From contig JAYELL010000031.1 of assembly GCA_034717495.1 (NCBI GenBank), positions 19,669-83,668 on the forward strand: a stretch of DNA of 64,000 nucleotides. Reading direction: 5' to 3'. The translations under genes and the position numbers were made by a program. The DNA is from Chloroflexota bacterium (GTDB lineage Bacteria; Chloroflexota; Anaerolineae; JAAEKA01). The notes under the pieces are model-generated. The model was given only the letters and a program-made list of their open reading frames with translations. It did not search any database and was not told where the DNA came from. Shown here piece after piece: positions 59,021-64,000 of the stretch (positions within the stretch are counted from its first letter, which is position 1; each line of letters opens with the position of its first letter).

Positions 59021-59042
59021 GTATCACGAAAGGAGCAGAATC

Positions 59043-60413
59043 ATGAAACGCAATTTCACCTGGCTGGGCCTCAGCCTACTGATCGTTCTGAGCCTGTTAC
59101 TGGCTGCCTGTGTGGCGCCAACTGTTCCGGCGCCCGCGCCGGCGGAGCCGGTTGCAGAAGCCCCCGCCGAGGCAGAAGCGCCTGCGGCGGAGGATGTAGT
59201 CACACTGGAATTCTGGGGCGGGTGGACAGGCCCCGACGGCGACATTATGGCAGACCTGGTTGACCAGTACAACGCCGAAAACGATGGCGTAGAGGTCACC
59301 TTGACGCGCCAGCAGTGGTCGCCCCTCTTCGATGCCTTCATCGTTTCGGCCAGTGCCGAGGAGGCTCCCGATATCCTGGCCATGCATCCCCAGGAAATGC
59401 CCCAATTTGCCGAGCTGGGTTTGCTCAAACCTTTGGACGAGATCGTCGCCCAGTCGGATGTGATCAACGCCGGGAACTACCTGGCCAGCGCCTGGGATCC
59501 CAACGTCTACAAGGGTGCTCTCTACGGCACCCCGCTCGACCTGCACATGCATGGTCTTTTTTACAACGTCGATCTGTTCGAGCAGGCGGGTATCGAGGGA
59601 CCACCCGCTACCGGGGATGAACTGCTGGAGACGGCTCGCCTCTTGACGGTCGATGCCAATGGCCTGCATCCCGGTGACGAGGGCTTTGACGCCGAGACCG
59701 TCGAACAGTACGGCATCAACATGCATACCAACCATCACGCCTTCTTCCAGTGGTGGTCGCTGCTGAATCAGCTTGGTGGAACGATTCTCTCTGAGGATGG
59801 TTCAGCCTGCGCCATCGATATCGACAAGGGCACGCAGGCCTGGCAGTGGCTGCAGGATCTGGTTTACGAGCACGGCGTGGCGCCGCAAGGCCAGACCGAC
59901 TATCCCCGTGATTTCCTGTCAGGACGAACGGCCATGATGATCGACGGCCCCTGGCGTATGCCATCCCTTGAGGCCGCCCAGGAGGAAACAGGCTTTAACT
60001 GGGCAGCGGCTCCCTACCCCGTGGTCTTCGACCAGCCGGCTGTATGGGGCAGCGCCCACATCTTCACCTTGCCAACCTTCGCCGATCCTGACAAGGAAGC
60101 GGAGGCGGTGGCGTTCCTGGAGTGGCTGGCTGCCAACTCCAGTGCCTGGGCCAATGCCGGTCAGTTGCCGGCTTTCGCCGCGGTCATGGAGTCGGAGGAG
60201 TTCCTGAACATGCCGGGACGTGCGGCTTTCATCGAGATGATGCCCCACGAGAAGATCTTCCCCAATACGCCCAAGTACAGCGAGATATTCGCATCCAACG
60301 CACCCACCCCCATGATGGTGATGGCGCAGAATATCATGCTTGAACAGGGCGATGCGAGAGCTGCCGTCGAGGCGGCCTGCGCGGGAATCGACGCGATTCT
60401 GTCAACCCCGTAA
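59043..60413 (+). CDS. ABC transporter extracellular solute-binding lipoprotein (family 1, sugar type)
   Basis: ATG 59043 with [31 protein letters not shown] lipobox. A/P/E-rich linker and a typical SBP_bac_1 body. Confidence 0.88.
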   Translation: MKRNFTWLGLSLLIVLSLLLAACVAPTVPAPAPAEPVAEAPAEAEAPAAEDVVTLEFWGGWTGPDGDIMADLVDQYNAENDGVEVTLTRQQWSPLFDAFIVSASAEEAPDILAMHPQEMPQFAELGLLKPLDEIVAQSDVINAGNYLASAWDPNVYKGALYGTPLDLHMHGLFYNVDLFEQAGIEGPPATGDELLETARLLTVDANGLHPGDEGFDAETVEQYGINMHTNHHAFFQWWSLLNQLGGTILSEDGSACAIDIDKGTQAWQWLQDLVYEHGVAPQGQTDYPRDFLSGRTAMMIDGPWRMPSLEAAQEETGFNWAAAPYPVVFDQPAVWGSAHIFTLPTFADPDKEAEAVAFLEWLAANSSAWANAGQLPAFAAVMESEEFLNMPGRAAFIEMMPHEKIFPNTPKYSEIFASNAPTPMMVMAQNIMLEQGDARAAVEAACAGIDAILSTP

Positions 60414-60510
60414 AGGTTGATCCAAAGACAATTGGCTGGTTCAGCCCGATTGCACCTGATTGGGCTGAACCAGCCGTCGGCGCGCTGTTGTTGAGTTTTC
60501 CGAGACCAAG

Positions 60511-61437
60511 ATGCCAATCCTGCCCCGCCAGAACCCTTCCCAGGGCCAATTGAACGAGGGAAAAACCTCTTCCTCTCGTAGCAGTTGGCGCGCCGCTCCC
60601 TATCTGTTCATACTGCCTTACATGCTGTTCTTCGTGATCTTTCGCCTGGGCCCATCGCTGGCTGGGCTGGGCATTGCGTTTACCAACTGGGCTGCCGTGG
60701 GAACGCCCAAGTGGGTTGGTCTGGGCAATTTCGAAGCCATGGTGCGCGATCCGCTGCTCAAGGACGCGGTGCTGAATACAATCCTGTTCACGGCGCTGAC
60801 GGTGCCGTTGCTGATCGGGTTGGGACTGGGGCTGGCGCTTTTCATGAATCAGCCCTACCGAGGCCGGGAGCTGGGGCGGGTCGCCGTGTTTACTCCCTTT
60901 GTGGTCATGTCTACCGTGGTGGGCGTGTTGTGGACGTGGCTGCTGGAAAAGGATTTCGGCCTGATCAACGTGACCTTCGGGCTTGACATTCCCTGGCTGG
61001 TGAGCAAGGACTATGCCATGTTGGCCATTGTGATGACGACGGTCTGGTGGACGGTGGGCTACAACATGGTGCTATTTCTGGCCGGACTGCAGGATATTCC
61101 CCGGGAGCTGTACGAGGCAGCTCGCATCGACGGCGCGGGCCGTTTCCAGCTGCTGCGGCGGATCACACTGCCCCTACTCGCTCCCACCATGTTTCTGGTG
61201 TTGATGCTGACGATCATCAATACCTTTCAGGTATTTGACCAGGTATTCGTGATGACTTCCGGCGGGCCGGGAACATCAACGCTGACTTTGGTCCAATACG
61301 TGTACACCACCGCCTTTCAGTTCCGCAAGTTTGGCTATGGTTCGGCAGTAGCGGTGTTGCTATTCGCCATTCTTGTGCTGCTGGCCTTGATCCAAACACG
61401 TGCCTATCGGCGCGGCCTCGAGGGAGTCACCGAATGA
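60511..61437 (+). CDS. ABC sugar transporter permease (MalF-like)
   Basis: Six-TM permease with the EAA loop ([25 protein letters not shown]). Confidence 0.9.
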   Translation: MPILPRQNPSQGQLNEGKTSSSRSSWRAAPYLFILPYMLFFVIFRLGPSLAGLGIAFTNWAAVGTPKWVGLGNFEAMVRDPLLKDAVLNTILFTALTVPLLIGLGLGLALFMNQPYRGRELGRVAVFTPFVVMSTVVGVLWTWLLEKDFGLINVTFGLDIPWLVSKDYAMLAIVMTTVWWTVGYNMVLFLAGLQDIPRELYEAARIDGAGRFQLLRRITLPLLAPTMFLVLMLTIINTFQVFDQVFVMTSGGPGTSTLTLVQYVYTTAFQFRKFGYGSAVAVLLFAILVLLALIQTRAYRRGLEGVTE

Positions 61438-62279
61438 GAACGCAAGGCAGTTTGCTGCGTTTCGTCTGGTACATCGCCTTGGTGATCATCGTCATCCTGG
61501 CCCTGGCGCCGCTGATATGGATGATATCCACCTCGCTGAAGCCAGAAACTCAGATCACGACCACCGAGATCCGCTGGATACCTGAAACCATCACGCTGGA
61601 GAACTTCCAGGCTGTGCTGGACCATCATGCCATGCTGCGCTGGACAATGAACAGCCTGATCGTCGCTGTCACCGCGACCGCGTTGGTGTTGGTCCTGGAT
61701 TCACTGGCTGGTTATGCGCTGGCACGTATGCATTTCCTGGGGCGAGATCTGCTTTTCCTGTTGATCCTCTCCATGCTTTTCGTGCCCATTCAGATTACCG
61801 TGGTGCCCTTGTTCCTGCTGTTTTCCAAGATGGGCTTGACGGATAGCCACGTTGCCCTGATCTGGCCGGTGGGAGCGACCGTTACGGGAGTTTTCCTGAT
61901 GCGCCAATTTTTCCTGAGCGTGCCAACTGAGTTGGAGGATGCCGCGCGCGTCGATGGCGCCAACGATCTGCGCATCTGGTGGTCTGTTGTCTTACCCCTG
62001 GCACGACCTGCCTTGACTGCCGTGGCGATAATCACCTTTCTTTCTACCTGGAACAGTTTCTTTTGGCCCCTTATCGTTACTCGCAGCGACGCCGTGCGGA
62101 CCCTGCCTGTGGGGATCGCCCAGTTCATGAGCCTGCGTCCCGGCATGGCCCAGGCCGCGCAAGCGTATGGTCAGTCGATGGCCGGTGCTGTCATTGCTGC
62201 CCTGCCCCCCGTCATCGTCTTCTTCGTTCTCCAGCGCCACTTCATCGAAGGCATTTCGATGACGGGCTTAAAGGGCTAA
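61434..62279 (+). CDS. ABC sugar transporter permease (MalG-like)
   Basis: ATGA overlap with the upstream permease. EAA loop [27 protein letters not shown]. Confidence 0.9.
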   Translation: MRTQGSLLRFVWYIALVIIVILALAPLIWMISTSLKPETQITTTEIRWIPETITLENFQAVLDHHAMLRWTMNSLIVAVTATALVLVLDSLAGYALARMHFLGRDLLFLLILSMLFVPIQITVVPLFLLFSKMGLTDSHVALIWPVGATVTGVFLMRQFFLSVPTELEDAARVDGANDLRIWWSVVLPLARPALTAVAIITFLSTWNSFFWPLIVTRSDAVRTLPVGIAQFMSLRPGMAQAAQAYGQSMAGAVIAALPPVIVFFVLQRHFIEGISMTGLKG

Positions 62280-62297
62280 GGAACAGAGCACCCCACC

Positions 62298-62993
62298 ATG
62301 CAAAAAAGTGAAATTGCAGCCATCATCAGTGCTTCCGACCTGCTAAAGGGCTTAACGTCCGAGGAATGTATGGTGTTTGTCGATGCCGGCAAATTACGCC
62401 ATGCACCACCTGGTACCTTTCTGTTCCATCAGGAAGACTCCGTAGATGCCTGTTTCTTTATGCTGACTGGCAGGGTACGCCTGGCGCAGTTAACACCGGG
62501 TGGCAAGCAGGTGATCGTGGATATCATCTCTCCTGAACGCTACTTTGGTCTTTTCGTGGCTATTGCCGGCATGACGCACCCTGTCTCGGCAGAAACTATC
62601 GAGGATAGTACTGTCTATTGCTGGGAGACGGAAACAGTGCGGGAGTTGATGTTGCAATTCCCCCGCGTTGCGCTGAATAGCGTCGAGTTGATCGCCAAGC
62701 GCTTTGTGCGATTACAGGGCCGGGTGCAAAAACTCGCCACCGAGCGAGTCGAGCAACGCGTTGCCCACACCCTGTTGGATATATCTCGATTCGTGGGCAA
62801 AGAGATCGAGAACGGTGCAATGATCGATCTGGCGCTTTCGCATCAGGACCTGGCAGAAATGGCAGGAACAAATATCTATAGCGTCAGCCGGGTGTTACGC
62901 AAATGGGAGCATGACGACATTGTCTCAATTGGCCGCCAACGCATACTGCTTCGCAACCCAGATCATCTGCGCCTCCTCGTAGAAGGTGGCTAA
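62298..62993 (+). CDS. Crp/Fnr-family transcriptional regulator
   Basis: cNMP-binding-like N-domain and a C-terminal HTH (SHQDLAEMAGTNIYSVSRVLRKWE). Confidence 0.85.
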   Translation: MQKSEIAAIISASDLLKGLTSEECMVFVDAGKLRHAPPGTFLFHQEDSVDACFFMLTGRVRLAQLTPGGKQVIVDIISPERYFGLFVAIAGMTHPVSAETIEDSTVYCWETETVRELMLQFPRVALNSVELIAKRFVRLQGRVQKLATERVEQRVAHTLLDISRFVGKEIENGAMIDLALSHQDLAEMAGTNIYSVSRVLRKWEHDDIVSIGRQRILLRNPDHLRLLVEGG

Positions 62994-63110
62994 TTTCTTT
63001 GACCCCGGTAGAACACTTAGTTCGAGTGAGGATTTTCTCAGAAATAGCCAAAATAGTGCAGTTTGTCTGAAAAGAGTGACGCCTAGCCAGGCAGAAGTAG
63101 CATCAGTCGT

Positions 63111-63150
63111 CCCCCACACATGTACAAAGCATGTTGGGGGGCTTTCATTG
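63111..63150 (+). terminator. Candidate intrinsic terminator after the Crp/Fnr gene
   Basis: CCCCCACACATG-TACAAAG-CATGTTGGGGGG (5+5 bp with an internal loop), followed by CTTTCATTG. Confidence 0.4.
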
Positions 63151-63293
63151 TCCGCTGGATTATATCAAGACTCTGAGAGTTTGTCATTCTCCACGAACTT
63201 CGGCGCGTCTCCACAACTCCTCCACAATCGCCTGTTATTCTATGGTCGTCAGCGAAAAAGTCGCCGACCACTCAACTCAAGGAGACTAGGATC

Positions 63294-64000
63294 ATGAAAA
63301 CTATAAAAACACTCGCATTCAGTTTTTTCGCCGGGCTTCTAGCCCTGACCATCGTCACCGTCAGCACCCCCATCTCTGCTGAAGCAGCAACAGAAGTCGC
63401 TGCTACCACTGTCGTCCAGGCCCCCGCAGATGAAATCACCGACCAAGAAGCTTTGGACTTGCAGTTCATGGTAGAGGAAGAGAAGCTGGCCCGCGATGTC
63501 TATCTGACACTCGACGAGGAATGGAACTTCCGCATTTTCCAGAATATCGCCAGGGCTGAGCAGACCCACATGGATGCCATCCGCACCCTCCTCACCACCT
63601 ACGGCGTCGATGACCCGACCGTTGGCAATGACATCGGCGTGTTTGAAAACGACGACCTGCAGGCGCTCTACGACCAACTGGTGGAAACCGGCAGCCTATC
63701 GTTGGCCGATGCCCTACTCGTCGGCGACGCCATCGAAGAAATCGACATCCTCGACCTGGAAGAACGCATTGCCGAAACCGACAAGGCCGACATCCTGCAG
63801 GTCTACGAAAACCTGCTGAAGGGTTCTGAGAACCACCTGCGGGCCTTCGTTTCCACTTATGAACGCCAGACAGGTGAAGACTACGAACCCCAGTATCTGG
63901 AGCAAGACGCTTACGACGCCATCATCAATGCGGATGCTGAAACTGGCGGCAATGGCCAGGGTGGCAGCAACAACGGTGGTGGTGGCAATAACGGTGGTGG
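63294..64000 (+). CDS. Secreted DUF2202 (ferritin-like) protein, 3' end outside the window
   Basis: Not in the ORF track because there is no stop before the window end. ATG 63294 with SD AAGGAG. MKTIKTLAFSFFAGLLALTIV signal. EEEKLARDVY...IARAEQTHMDA...EEIDILDL...GSENHLRAF match the DUF2202 pattern. Ends in a Gly/Asn-rich tail. Confidence 0.8.
   Translation, partial: MKTIKTLAFSFFAGLLALTIVTVSTPISAEAATEVAATTVVQAPADEITDQEALDLQFMVEEEKLARDVYLTLDEEWNFRIFQNIARAEQTHMDAIRTLLTTYGVDDPTVGNDIGVFENDDLQALYDQLVETGSLSLADALLVGDAIEEIDILDLEERIAETDKADILQVYENLLKGSENHLRAFVSTYERQTGEDYEPQYLEQDAYDAIINADAETGGNGQGGSNNGGGGNNGG

Noticed and set aside
58899-59042. N-terminal 48-aa extension of the solute-binding protein ([30 protein letters not shown]...).
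   Set aside because: The extension is a translation of the TGTCTAC word array. The true start is ATG 59043, with SD AAGGAG and a canonical lipoprotein signal.

Overview
High-GC (roughly 58-60%) bacterial chromosomal window. The gene content and the many secreted proteins with Thr/Pro-rich linkers suggest a Chloroflexota-like organism, but that is inference only. No rRNA, tRNA, CRISPR array or intact mobile element was seen.

Recognisable core:
- A complete complex I operon in 12 ORFs (nuoA, B, CD-fused, EF-fused, G-N; 20315-35234).
- Glutamate synthase gltBD (47094-53310), preceded by a promoter plus a terminator-type leader.
- A copper operon, csoR-copZ-copG(DUF411)-copA (14599 down to 11057, minus strand), with a consensus promoter and a G/C palindromic operator.
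- A carbohydrate-utilisation cluster: BNR sialidase-like protein, DapA/NanA-family lyase, ABC binding protein, two permeases and a Crp/Fnr regulator (56847-62993).
- mazG/yabN, a sugar-phosphate isomerase and a YkgJ-type Fe-S protein.

Accessory content:
- A 2472-aa secreted beta-helix / subtilase / dockerin protein.
- A 1298-aa secreted protein with glycoside-hydrolase-like, PPC, LRR and DUF11 domains.
- Two paralogous secreted YVTN beta-propeller proteins.
- A pentaheme cytochrome c.
- A protease-less triple-PDZ protein with a Met/His-rich repeat tail.
- An orphan ParA-type ATPase translationally coupled to a small non-ParB partner.

Most noteworthy observations:
1. An in-frame UGA sits exactly where the first Cys of the conserved CxCC copper site of the DUF411/CopG gene should be. 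The rest of the gene is intact, so this is either a candidate selenocysteine or a fresh nonsense lesion.
2. The ParA plus basic-tail/DUF4177-like adaptor pair.
3. An ~800 bp array of nine hairpin-containing repeats between convergent genes.
4. A recurrent short [YF][LM]P[LVI][IL] motif, found at the extreme C-termini of two secreted proteins and at domain junctions of two others.
5. A terminator/antiterminator-like leader directly upstream of gltB.

All calls come from reading the sequence and ORF translations. No database search was run.
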